Assembly (NCBI GenBank): GCA_025201805.1 | Contig: MU619344.1 | Coordinates: 1 to 64,000, forward strand | Length of the DNA stretch: 64,000 nucleotides | From: Parasitella parasitica NRRL 2501 | Lineage: Eukaryota; Fungi; Mucoromycota | Reading direction: 5' to 3' | Part shown: in pieces, positions 40,418 through 52,413 of the stretch | Position numbering within the stretch: position 1 is the stretch's first letter | Layout: each line of letters begins with the position of its first letter | Program-made: the position numbers and the translations under genes | Notes under the pieces: generated by a model | The model's database searches: none | What the model saw: only the letters and a program-made list of their open reading frames with translations | What the model was told of the DNA's origin: nothing

Positions 40418-41451
40418 TACATTCACCATAACGATTTGCATTCCAATTCTAGACTCATCCAGTTACCTTAAACTGACATGCATTACATATATACAATACA
40501 GTTTTGCGCAGTATAAGATAGAGGCTAGAGATGGTTCCATTAGAATAGATGTACCGCTATAGATTCATACTTATATGTCGACATGAGCCTTGGAAAATTA
40601 CTAAATTTAGCACCGTATGTGTTGCAATCATGCCAAGTAAGTTTGTGCTTCAGATAAGTAATTCAAGTTCCAGATACGCACTACAAGACATCTATGAAAC
40701 CAGCTACATACAAATTATGTGCTACAGACTTGCACAATATTTAAAACGCTACAGACATCATGCTTCTGACATGCTATAGACACATATCGACCAGATACAG
40801 GCTGAAGATGAATACTCAATGATATACGCTCAGACGTATATTAATAATATAAACTAAATAAGGCTATATTAGAAATGCCACACACTTATAGATTGATGAT
40901 ATTAATAGTCTTCCATACGAAGATTATTAATATCAATTCATAAGCGTATATCAATTCTAGTATTAGTCTTATTTAGTCTAGAGTAATAGTATATATCTCA
41001 GTGTATATCGCTTGGTATTTATCTTTTCATATACCTGTATATGTATATGTAGCATGTCTATAGCATGTCATGAGTATATATATATAACATCGCACATTTT
41101 GTACAAGTCTGTAGTACATACTGTATCTGTTGCCAGTGTCATGGATATAAGTATATGCTTTGTAGAGCGTATCTGGAAATTGAGAATGCACCTCTGAAGC
41201 ATAGATCTAATATGGCATAAGCTCGTAGCATATGCTAAGTCTAGTAAATGTCTAAGGCTTGTGTCCAGATACAAAAGTATAAGTCTATAGCGTATCCATC
41301 CTAATGGTGCCATCTCTAGCCTATACCTTATATAGTATAAATCTGTATTGTAAATCCTATTAATTGTGCACATATGTAGTATATATCAAATTAAGGTCAC
41401 TGGAGGAATCTAGAAGTGAATTGCGGATAATCATAGTGAATGTGTTTTACA
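40418..41451. mobile_element. ~1-kb foldback/palindromic non-autonomous element with diverged arms
   Basis: Left arm is an imperfect reverse complement of the right arm (AGGCTAGAGATGG/CCATCTCTAGCCT; TTCCAGATACGC/GCGTATCTGGAA; CTACAGACTTG/CAAGTCTGTAG); symmetry centre ~40914-40918. Confidence 0.8.
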
Positions 41452-41506
41452 GGGTCCAAATTTAGCAAATTCTGAAAAATGGTTAGATTGTAAATTAAGC
41501 CTTTAG

Positions 41507-41963
41507 TGTTGTATCCATATAAAGGCTACATAGGTCATATCTAACTTAGTCATAATGCACGGATCATGATATTAATTGTTGGTAATTCTTTTACAAATAA
41601 GGAATAAGCTACAAGTTGTAATTGGACCTCTTGCAAGGTTCCAGGCTTATTCAAAGAATACATCTAGATCAGATCGCGGGATGTCGGTAAGACGTCCTAC
41701 CCAATCTTCTCTTTGATGTAAAATAGAAAGATAGGTCTGTCCTGGAAATGCTGTGGTTTAATAAGGTTTGACACTTCTTGTCAAACATCAGATGTTATGT
41801 GGATAAACATTGATTGGGATATATTTTAGTATAAATAGAGATCATATCTTATGTCAATAAAAGTCTTCAGTTTTGTATCTGGTTTTATTCAGAAAGTCTT
41901 TATTACTTTATACAAATCTTATTTACATAACATTACGCTGCGCCCTTTGACACTGGCACAACA
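41507..41963 (+). mobile_element. Solo LTR (457 bp), copy A
   Basis: TGTTG...CAACA termini; 5-bp TSD TTTAG at 41502-41506 and 41964-41968; internal TATAAATA followed by AATAAA gives the orientation. Confidence 0.92.
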
Positions 41964-44787
41964 TTTAGGCGAGAAAAGAGGTAATATTTCAGATTTGGTG
42001 GCATTTATTGCATCCAAAAATACAGGTATACAAAAATGGTTTTTGAGCCCGTGCTATACAGTATCTCAGCTATAGATTCATATCGAGACATACGCAAGGT
42101 ACCTATTGGAATCAGGTTTTGCTCTTCAATAGAAAACATGTGTTACACTCAATTACTGCAAAAAAAAGGGCTGTATATTGAATCTCAGCACCGTGTTTCC
42201 ATTTGACCAAAACCAGTTTCGAGCTTTTTTTTGTATAGTTCATTGCTAAATATCTCGTAAACGCAATAGTTATATCGGATATGCATACTAAGTGTTTTAT
42301 TACAAAGAGTAAATTCTACATCTAACCATATAAATTACAAAGCTATAGAAACACCTTTTCTTATTATCAATTTTCAAATATTCAAAAAACGCCTTTTTTG
42401 ATAGTTTTTGAGTAAAATCAAGCATATTTTAAGCATATTCAGCTATATAAAGTTGACCAAACAAACCTCCATGTCGATACCTACACATTAATATTTTCTT
42501 TACAACTGTGGCTTTATTATATTTGCCAAAAATCAAAATCTTGTCTCGACCAAAATGGATTTATGATTTTCCGGTCCTATGTTTAGAGGGCCAAAATGAA
42601 GCCATTCAAAAGGGTAAAAATCAATTCCGTTTTTCGAGATTCTCTCGCTCAGAAATTGGTATTTTTTGACAAATCAAAAACCTTTCGGTAGCTATGTTGT
42701 AGATCTATTTTTGTATTGCTATATCATATATCTTTATATACCATTTATTGCTCTGAAAGTTATGAAAATAAATTAAGCGTCTGCTAAAAACATATGAGAA
42801 AATATTTTTTTTCCACCCATTCATTTAAAAACTAATACGTCTAGTAGAGAATCAAGTTTCAAAAAGATTTCAGTAATACCTCAAGCCAAAGTGTCTTAGT
42901 GATTTGTTGAGAAACTGGAGAACAAAGTTTAACGTAAAAAGCCAAAATTGGCTCAAGCTTTTCAAATTCGAGCTTAAATACAACATTTTCAAGACTAGTA
43001 GGTGTAAAAAAACGTGCTTTATTACTTTACTTAAAAACTTGAACTTGGTTTGGTTGCAAAATATGGAACTTGTTATAAGAACATATGCTGTAAAATCTGC
43101 TAAATCTGCAAAATCTAGTTTTGGCATTATCTCGACAGCAAAGATAGATATCGAGAATCGAAAGACGTAGTGATGTACAGTTATCATAGTAGTACTAGCC
43201 TGCATTCTTAGTTTGGACCTTAAATCCGTACCTAAAAATGACCCTGAAGATCGACTCAAAATCGAAAATTGAAAATCAAATCTGAGGTTTGGGGTCCAAA
43301 CATAGCAAAATCTGAAAAATGGTCAGAGATGCATGAAACTCAAGTATGTTGTAGAATTGTCAAAAAAAAGAAGATTTTGGCTGAAGGTTGTGTCCCTATC
43401 ACTTAATAGTTTGTAAAAATATCAGAAATTGCATTATAGGCATTTAAGCGGGGAAAAGGTGGTATTTATGATTAAGGGGCATTTATTTAACCAAGCCATA
43501 AAGCTACATAAAAATAGCTTTTGAAGTCATATTTTACAGCATCTTGGCTATTGATTCATATCAAGACATTACCACATTTCTTAAGGAGTTCATGTTTTGC
43601 TCCTCAATTGAAATAGGTGCTTCACTGCTAAAGGCTAGTATTTGCAGTGGTGAATTCAAGCTCAGAAATATGTTTCGATTGCAACTTGCGCACATCCCAA
43701 ATTTTCATTGCATGATGCCTCAAGAAATAAGAAGTATAATATTGCACATGTTTCCTTAATTATTTTTTTCAGTGTTTAAATTTTGCATCAAACGAAAATA
43801 TAAAGTGTTGTATTAGGCTTTAAAAACACCTTTTCATATTCCAAATGGCCATCTTTTTGCATTTTTGGAACTTTTTGTTTCGCATTAAATACTAATGCAT
43901 TGAGTTGACCAAACAATCCACCACATCAAAATTTTGATTATATCCATAGTTTTACTATTTTCAATAGTAACTGGAATCTCGTGCTGACTGAAATGAAAAT
44001 CGCCTCTGGTTTTTTTTTTCTTATAATTGTAGTGGTGGAATAGATCATGACCTTGATTCTCGAACGTTTTAATAGAATAAAAGTTGAAATAGGCGTTTAT
44101 TAACACAAAGATTAATTGGATATGCTGGATCAAAAAAAAGATAATAAAAACCAAAGTTTAACGAGATACGAAAACTTAAAGATACTTTATTTAAGATCGA
44201 AATTGCATCTGCTGTTTATACTTTTTACAGCGACATAAATTTATGGTGACTTATTTAGATCACTAATTGACAAGACTAATTCACAGTGACAATTCACTTG
44301 ACAGGGTACGATGTAAGCTTATACAACAAGGGCTACACGTCTTTTATCTGACAGTGCCTTAACCTTTATCCTGTTGCTCAGATCTGTGTTACTTACAGGA
44401 ATAACCTCTTGATTTGAAACAGAGACTTTATTCTCTAGTCTATAATTATGGCAGTGTTATGTCAAAAGTCTGATAAAATAAATCTGTCAAAGAATTACAC
44501 TTTTATTCATAATACATCTCTCGATGTATTATATACACATTCATTACACTAGGGTTCTACTGTCTAGCTGCATAATGTAAATCATGACTACCCATGATTT
44601 ACTGTAAGACCCTGCTGGGACTGATCTGAGATCCTGATGTGAGACCTTGCCATGTTATTGATATAACAAACATGCTAAAATAATAGCCATACACTAAAAG
44701 ATGAAAATAACGCCACTTTTAATACATTCTAAAATTTACGATATTCAAATATCGATTATCAACTTTACAATACATTTTAGGTCTAGA

Positions 44788-45244
44788 TGTTGTGCCAGTG
44801 TCAAAGGGCGCAGCGTAATGTTATGTAAATAAGATTTGTATAAAGTAATAAAGACTTTCTGAATAAAACCAGATACAAAACTGAAGACTTTTATTGACAT
44901 AAGATATGATCTCTATTTATACTAAAATATATCCCAATCAATGTTTATCCACATAACATCTGATGTTTGACAAGAAGTGTCAAACCTTATTAAATCACAG
45001 CATTTCCAGGACAGACCTATCTTTCTATTTTACATTAAAGAGAAGATTGGGTAGGATGTCTTCCCGACATCCCGCGATCTGATCTAGATGTATTCTTTGA
45101 ATAAGCCTGGAACCTTGCAAGAGGTCCAATTACAACTTGTAGCTTATTCCTTATTTGTAAAAGAATTACCAACAATTAATATCATGATCCGTGCATTATG
45201 ACTAAGTTAGATATGACATATGTAGCCTTTATATGGATACAACA
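44788..45244 (-). mobile_element. Solo LTR (457 bp), copy B, inverted relative to copy A
   Basis: Reverse complement of 41507-41963 with about 5 substitutions seen; own 5-bp TSD CTAGA at 44783-44787 and 45245-45249. Confidence 0.92.
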
Positions 45245-45256
45245 CTAGAGTTTTGG

Positions 45257-45350
45257 AGCCAAATCAAAGCCTGTCTTATGCGCCATAAGTACAGGCATGA
45301 TCATCGCTATATGAGCATAACTTGATTTCCACTGGGCGATGTCTCTATCA
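45257..45350 (+). repeat. ~94-bp dispersed repeat, copy of 47-140
   Basis: Near-identical to the window start; lies just after LTR copy B. Confidence 0.9.
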
Positions 45351-47380
45351 GAAGTTATCTTCAAAAACAGTTTTATTTTTCAATATTGATCATGAATATC
45401 AGACATTTGCTCATAACTTCGTGGAAAGTGTAGCAGAAAATTAGCGTTATCTAAAAGACATACTTTTATGGAGAGAAAATTGATATTCACAAAGCTATTT
45501 GCAGAAAACGGCGGTTTACTCTGATAAATATTTGTAAACATCTGCACCTTTTCGTATAAACCAAAATAGTGTCTGTTTTAAGTTTAAACAGTATTTACAT
45601 GAGGAAGGCTTGAAAGAAGATGTGAGTTTTTAATAATATAGGATTAATGCGACCAAGAAAATTTGAAATTTCTTACCCCCATAGTTGAAAAATTGATACT
45701 TCACTGAACAAGTCTGAATTTTATGGATTAGTCCTTGTTTATTAAGATTTTAGAAGATCCTAAATATTACAGATCGAGCTTTAAGCGTATCAGTTCTGGC
45801 TAAATGAGATTACACAGTATCCGATTATTGTACATTCTCGGATTGACAGTATGTATCAAGTAACGAGTTGAAGCATAGCATTTTCAAGAAATATACGTAT
45901 TTTGATTACAAATATGCAAAGCTCGAACAAGAAATTTGATTAAGAAAACTTCTTTTTGCAGTAGTTGGGCTTCCTTACTATATTGCAAATCACTATACAC
46001 ATAAAAAACAGTTTTTTATATACTACATATGAAACAAAGTTCTGTATATCTATATGGTTTCACAAAAAAATACTTTTGAATATGCTAATGTAGGCTTGAT
46101 TCATGAAATTGTAGATCCATCTACTCATAGACTAGTTCGTTTGGTTTCGTTTTGAAAAGTATGTATCAGTGGTAGAGTTTTAACCAATAACATAGTTGGT
46201 GTTCTTCGACACAACAATTGGACTGGGTATAAAATATCATTTTATACTTCATGTTTATGCAGAAAGCATATACCCAAGAAAGCAATGTAGATTCTTGACA
46301 ACTGGCGTCTGAAAAAAACAAAAGTAGAGAATGAAACAGTGCATGTCTCTATTTATTTAGTACGGAACTAGACCCACTGGGAATAGGAATAAGCCAAGGG
46401 GTTTTGGAATGTGGTCGCCGGGTTTGTGATATTAGAGTCAAATGCAATAATACCCGGAGCGTCGAAAAACTTAATATAGTAAATAACCGCAAGAACTACT
46501 CTTTCAATTTGTAGACTAAAGTTATGTAAGACGCTATGCCGTTATTTATTACTTTCTGCTACTCACTTGAGAAGGTCTATTTTATAATGAGGAGGGTAGA
46601 ATAAGTCAAGTTATGAAGTAAGTATTTGCTGATGCAGACGTAGAAACCAATGATTTGATCAACATGTCAGATGTTGGTGAAGTCTATATTGGGCTCAGAG
46701 GTTATTATAAACAAATGCAAAGAGATTCCCGGTATCTTACATTTACTGTTACAATATTACATGTATATAGACCTATTTAAATTCCATGTAGAATATTATG
46801 CAGGATCTACATTTTACAAGCAGCATGGGCAAATTACCGAGCATTTTGCTATCTGATGCAGGAACGTTACGGACATTGTATAAAGAAAAAGAGATGCATG
46901 ATAAATGCTCAGCATATAATAAATATTTAAGATGGTATTGCTACTTTTATTTTTGTATAATACAAGAGCTCGACTTCGAGATAAATACTCAAGTTCAGAT
47001 CGAGTGAATTGTGAAGAGTTGCTCTACACCAAGATTAACTATCTGTAGTAGACAAGATATGTTTGGATCAAGTCTTACTACAGCCACAAGTACAACGATT
47101 AGAATTAAAGGCTCTATGTCAGGTGTAGAATCTACCAACCTCACTATTGAAAAATCTGAAAGGTTAAAACTCTTTGCCTTGAGGAACTAGTTGAGACAAC
47201 GACACCTGATCATCAACGATCAGGCAAAGGATGCATAGTCGATAATATAATACAAACAAAATGTCACAATTTGAGTAACCTTTGCTTTGTTGCTGATAAT
47301 TTAAAACCCTCATTGCTTTCCTCCCCCCCCCCTTTTTTTTTTTGCTTTTCTTTTCTGTTTTTGATTTTTACAAGTAAAAA

Positions 47381-50300
47381 ATGTCTGGAAACAACATTAA
47401 AGTTGTTTGTCGTTTCCGTCCTCAAAACTCACTTGAAAATAGAGAAGGTGGTGTTCCTATTATTTCTATAGATGATGAAGGAACAAATGTTCAACTGAAG
47501 GTTGGTTAACTGATCGAATAAAAAAGTGATTTTCAGGCACCAACACGGGCAACAAATTTCATAGGGGGAAGCCACTTCCAATTTTGCATTTGATAAAGTG
47601 TTTGGCATGAATACGCCGCAAAAAGATGTGTTCGAATATTCTATCAAGAGTATTGTCGATGGTAAGCAGAGACCTTGATTTTACTTCGTAATACTCGTAT
47701 TAAACCGTTTCGTAGATGTTACTGCTGGTTACAATGGTACTGTATTTGCGTATGGTCAAACCGGTTCTGGCAAAACTTTCACCATGATGGTAGGCAAACA
47801 CTTCCGTCTGCTAGAAAAATACATCACTAAGACTAGTATATAGGGTGCTGATATTGAGGATGAAAAGACAAAGGGTATAATTCCCCGTATTATTGAACAA
47901 ATCTTTACCAGCATCAATGATGCGCCGAGCAATATTGAATTCACTGTAAAAGTATCCTACATGGAAATTTACATGGAGAAAGTCAGAGATTTATTCAATC
48001 GTAAATATCGTGCCACATTATAACCTTTCACACAGTATTCATACTATTTACACATAGCATCGTCCGATAATCTGGCTATTCACGAGGATAAAACGCGTGG
48101 TGTTTATGTCAAAGACTTGTATGAAATTTACGTTGCAAACACGGATGAAGTCTATCAGGCTATGAAGAACGGCAGCAGCAACCGCGTGGTTGCTTATACA
48201 AGTACGTATACGTACTGACTGAATAATTTGTTCATCTAATAGCTAAATTCATAACCAGATATGAATGCTGAAAGTTCTCGATCTCATTCCATTGTGGTTA
48301 TCACCATCACCCAAAAGAACTTGGATACAGGCGCTGCAAAGAGTGGTAAACTTTATTTGGTCGATTTAGCTGGTTCGGAAAAAGTAAGCTAATGTAGACA
48401 ACAGTGTACCCGTACATGTTAAACTCACAATTTCTTTCATTAGGTTGGTAAAACCGGTGCTTCAGGCCAAACGTTGGAAGAAGCCAAAAAAATCAACAAG
48501 TCTCTCACTGCCCTCGGCATGGTCATCAACTCGCTTACAGACGGAAAATCCAGTCATATTCCGTACCGTGATTCAAAACTAACTCGTATTCTGCAGGAAT
48601 CTCTTGGTGGTAACTCTCGCACCACTTTGATTATCAACTGCTCCCCATCATCATACAATGAAGCTGAAACTATATCTACACTAAGATTTGGCATGAGAGC
48701 CAAAAGTATCAAGAACAAAGCCAAGGTCAATGCTGATCTTTCGCCTGCCGAACTCAAGGCATTGCTTAAAAAGGTCAAGTCGGAGACAATTACTTTCCAA
48801 ACCTACATTGCTGCACTTGAAGGTGAAGTTACAGTATGGCGTGGCGGCAATTCTCTACCGGAAGATAAATGGGTTTCCATGGACAAAATTACCAAGGGTG
48901 ACTTTTCTGCGCTCCCTCCTGCATCAAACTTTAGAGCGTCCTCTGTTGCAGAAGACGCTTCTCGCCCAACGACGCCATCGGTGGTTCTTGAAAAAGACGA
49001 GCGTGAGGAGTTGCTGAAGCGTGAAAATGAGCTGATGGATCAAATTGCAGAGAAGGAGACTGAACTTGCTAACCGTGAAAAGCTGCTGGAATCCTTAAAG
49101 GAAGAAATGGGTTACTATAAAGAGCAAGAAGCTATTGTCACTAAAGAGAATCAACAGATGACATCCGAGTTGAGCGAACTCAGATTGCAGCTCCAGAAAA
49201 TCTCATATGAAAGCAAAGAAAATGCTATTACTGTCGATTCTCTCAAAGAGGCGAACCAAGAGCTCATCGCAGAGCTTGAAGAGCTCAAAAAGAACCTTAC
49301 AGAGGTCCGCCTCGCCCATAAGGATAACTCTGACAACGAAAAAGAAAAGAAGAAGGCACAGAAGCTTGCCCAAATTATGTTCAAACTGGACCCATCTGTA
49401 CGTTTGTTTGTTTATTTGTGCATACACATGTATGTAATGTATCATGTTGTCTAACATTTTTTGTTTGTTCCTAGGGTGAGATTAATGAGAAAGAGCGTCA
49501 AATTCGTGATTCACTCCTTAAGGTTGAAAGCGAAGGCCATGGCTCTTTGAGCTTGGAAGAACTCGTCGCTCTCCGTCGTGAGCTTGCAGAGTCCAAAATC
49601 TTGCTGGATCAACACACCAAAACTATCAGCGATATTACGAACGATAAAGAAGAGCTTGAAAAGAAGAAGCTTGAGCTTGATGCCAAGTTCGGCAACCTAG
49701 AGCAAGAATATGAGGAGCTTTTGGACAAGACTATCGCTGAAGAAGAAGCTACTGCACAGAAGAATGCAGACATTGAAGAAACAATCTCTACATTAAAGGC
49801 ATGTAGGCTGATGTGTCGATGTACAGCGCTTATTAACATCCCAAAACTCTTTTTATAGGGCAAGTTGGAAACCCAGTATGCAGCCAAAAAAGAATTGCAA
49901 CAAAAAGAAATTGAAGATCTTCAGAAGGAAATCACTGAAAAGAACGAAAATCTTCACAAGCTCACTGCTTCTTTGTCTAATCTCAAAGATGCGAATGAGT
50001 TGTTGCAAAATGCTCTTTCTGACCAGCCCGTTCAAGCTCAAGATGGAGACTTGTCAGAGCGTGAAAAGGAACTGGAGCGCATGCGCAAGAGTATGGCAAA
50101 AGAACTAGCCGACTTTGAGACTATGAAGAAGGTTCTGATGAGAGACTTACAAACTCGCTGCGAGAAGGTGGTCGAGCTTGAAATGTCGCTGGACGAGACT
50201 CGCGAGCAGTACAACAATGTCCTGAGAGCAAGTAACAACAAGGCCCAGCAAAAGAAGATGGCGTTCTTAGAACGCAATCTGGAACAGCTAACCAACGTAC

Positions 50301-50729
50301 AAAAGCAGGTAAGAAAACAATATGATGGCTTTCTATTTGTTGTTGAAATGACATATTGACCTTTTATGTGTCGTGTAGCTTGTTGAACAAAACTCTTCGC
50401 TAAAGAAGGAGGTCGCTCTCGCTGAGCGTAAATTGATTGCTCGTAACGAACGCATCCAGAGCTTGGAAACCCTTTTACAAGATGCTCAAGAAAAACTGAT
50501 CAACCAAAACCAAAAATTCGAGGCACAACTTCAAGCTGTTCGCGAACGTCTGGAACAAGCTCGTTCTCAGAAGTCTCAGACTTCAATGGCATTGAACTTT
50601 GGTCGCGTCGCTAAACCTCTTCGTGGAGGAGGAGCTGTTGTTGATAATGGCGAAAGCTCACCAACCTCACCCACTGAAAAGCGTGAAAAGCGAAACTCCT
50701 GGATTCCTGGTTTCATGGGCTCCAGATAG
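47381..50729 (+). CDS. KHC: Conventional kinesin heavy chain (kinesin-1)
   Basis: [27 protein letters not shown]-loop, [41 protein letters not shown]; fungal kinesin-1 tail [28 protein letters not shown] and autoinhibitory [10 protein letters not shown]; many short introns. Confidence 0.98.
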
Positions 50730-51027
50730 ATTGTCAAACTGTTTTTTTTTACCATAGTATACAAAACCATTATACTCATATATACCAACTAAATACGATG
50801 AAATTCCTCCCACTTCTCCCATCCTCTCTCAAAGCCTTCCCTTGCTGATTTACTTGACAGCCAACGCAAGGAAGCCAACGTCCAAACTATCTCCCAATCT
50901 ATATAATAAATGACACAATATATATGTAAATCCAGAATGTTTTGCACTGAATATATATGGTTTTGAACAAATAGATGGATTGGTCATGAGCTGCCGAAAT
51001 TTATTGATAATCGAGTATTATATAATA

Positions 51028-52413
51028 TTACTTGTTGCTGTCCTCCAGGGATTCTTGTACAATGTCATGCAAGCGATCAACTAATTCAGGCCAGCCAGCC
51101 AAAGCTTCCATGACACTATTTAGCCAAGCGATGTCATCGGGTTGCTGTCTGCGAGTAGTGCAAATAAGGCAAGCCAAGCTATTACCATCAGCATCCTCTC
51201 CATCTGTTTCGGAGCAAGTCTGAAAGCGGGGTTCGTCCAGCTCTGTTACTGGGCTAGGTGGCATAGCATCTTCCAAGATGGAGTTACGTCTGACTGTCGC
51301 TGAAAAGCGACGTGAAGATGGCGCGATGGATAGTAATTGTTTGGCTTTACGAAAATAAGCTGCTTGCGTGAGCGGCAATCTTGCTTGGAATTCAGGGTCT
51401 TCTCTCAGCTTGATTAGGTCCATATCACAATAATTGCGAGAGCCATGACCACTGCGGGTGGGAGTAGATGAGCCTGCACCAACGTCTTTGATTCTGTCGT
51501 TCGCGCTTTTCAAGTTGGCAGCATTATCGTCGTGATCGTCATCGTCATCTTCGCTATCCAATAAATCAGTTAAATCATCACTTTCGTCGTCCTCTTCCCC
51601 AGCCTCTACTTGAATGTTTGCTTCGTCTACCTCGTCAATTTTGGATTCAACAAATGTAGGATGAGGTTCTGATTGCATGGAATGGTAAGATGCGCGGCGT
51701 CTTCTACCAGCAGGTGCATTCTGCTGTTGATACTGATGGTAAAATTGATCTTCGCTGGAAAAGACACCTTCTGTCACCTTTGGGGCATCCTCTAATGAGA
51801 TAGTATCATCATTGTGGTATTCAAGAGCATCGCCTAGACTCATGCTCGATAACCTTCGGCTTCTGCGTCGTCCAGCTCCGCCTACATTTGCTATTGTAGA
51901 GCCAGTACTTTGAGAAGTCAGCTTGTTCGGTAGTACAAATGATGCTGATGCTGCAGAAGAAGACACTGCCTCTTCATCTTCTTGGTAACCAACGCTCTCT
52001 TTAAACTTGGATAAAAATACCGGATTGTGAGCCAAAAAATGGCTGATTTGGTTCATCCATTGGCGGTCAGGCAATTTATCACGAGGTTTGTACACAACAT
52101 CCTGGAAACGTTCCCAGGCCTGACTTCCTTGGGTTTCTGTAATGTAATGCTGCAAGGCTTCGTAGAACTGGGCGTTGCAAACAGCGAGCCCCTTCATTTC
52201 TGCAGGCCTGTCCAAGAGAGCAACTAGGACATCAGAACTAAGCGGTTGGCCGTCAATGTCAATACTGCCGCTTGATGAAATGGAGCAGTTTCTCAAATCT
52301 GATGCCAAATCTTGGCCTAAATACTGCCGCTGTTCGTCTTCGACTTCTTCACTGATTATATTGCTTGAATTCAACAAGTCGTGAGCGCTTATGTCCATAA
52401 AAGCAGAAGACAT
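51028..52413 (-). CDS. Uncharacterised 461-aa protein with two related helical domains around an acidic disordered linker
   Basis: Long intronless ORF with A-rich start context; internal repeat and several RRxS motifs. Confidence 0.8.
   Translation of the reverse strand: MSSAFMDISAHDLLNSSNIISEEVEDEQRQYLGQDLASDLRNCSISSSGSIDIDGQPLSSDVLVALLDRPAEMKGLAVCNAQFYEALQHYITETQGSQAWERFQDVVYKPRDKLPDRQWMNQISHFLAHNPVFLSKFKESVGYQEDEEAVSSSAASASFVLPNKLTSQSTGSTIANVGGAGRRRSRRLSSMSLGDALEYHNDDTISLEDAPKVTEGVFSSEDQFYHQYQQQNAPAGRRRRASYHSMQSEPHPTFVESKIDEVDEANIQVEAGEEDDESDDLTDLLDSEDDDDDHDDNAANLKSANDRIKDVGAGSSTPTRSGHGSRNYCDMDLIKLREDPEFQARLPLTQAAYFRKAKQLLSIAPSSRRFSATVRRNSILEDAMPPSPVTELDEPRFQTCSETDGEDADGNSLACLICTTRRQQPDDIAWLNSVMEALAGWPELVDRLHDIVQESLEDSNK

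Noticed and set aside
41507-45244. Single 3.7-kb DNA transposon with 457-bp TIRs
   Set aside because: Each repeat has its own TG..CA ends and its own TSD; the outer flanks (TTTAG vs CTAGA) are not a shared TSD, and there is no transposase inside.
45400-47200. Possible decayed LRR/F-box-like gene
   Set aside because: Coding-like fragments only; no motif firm enough to call.
38240-47380. Possible centromere or pericentromere
   Set aside because: Only ~9 kb gene-free, no LINE ORFs of the kind flanking Mucor centromeres, and no centromeric motif I can verify by eye.
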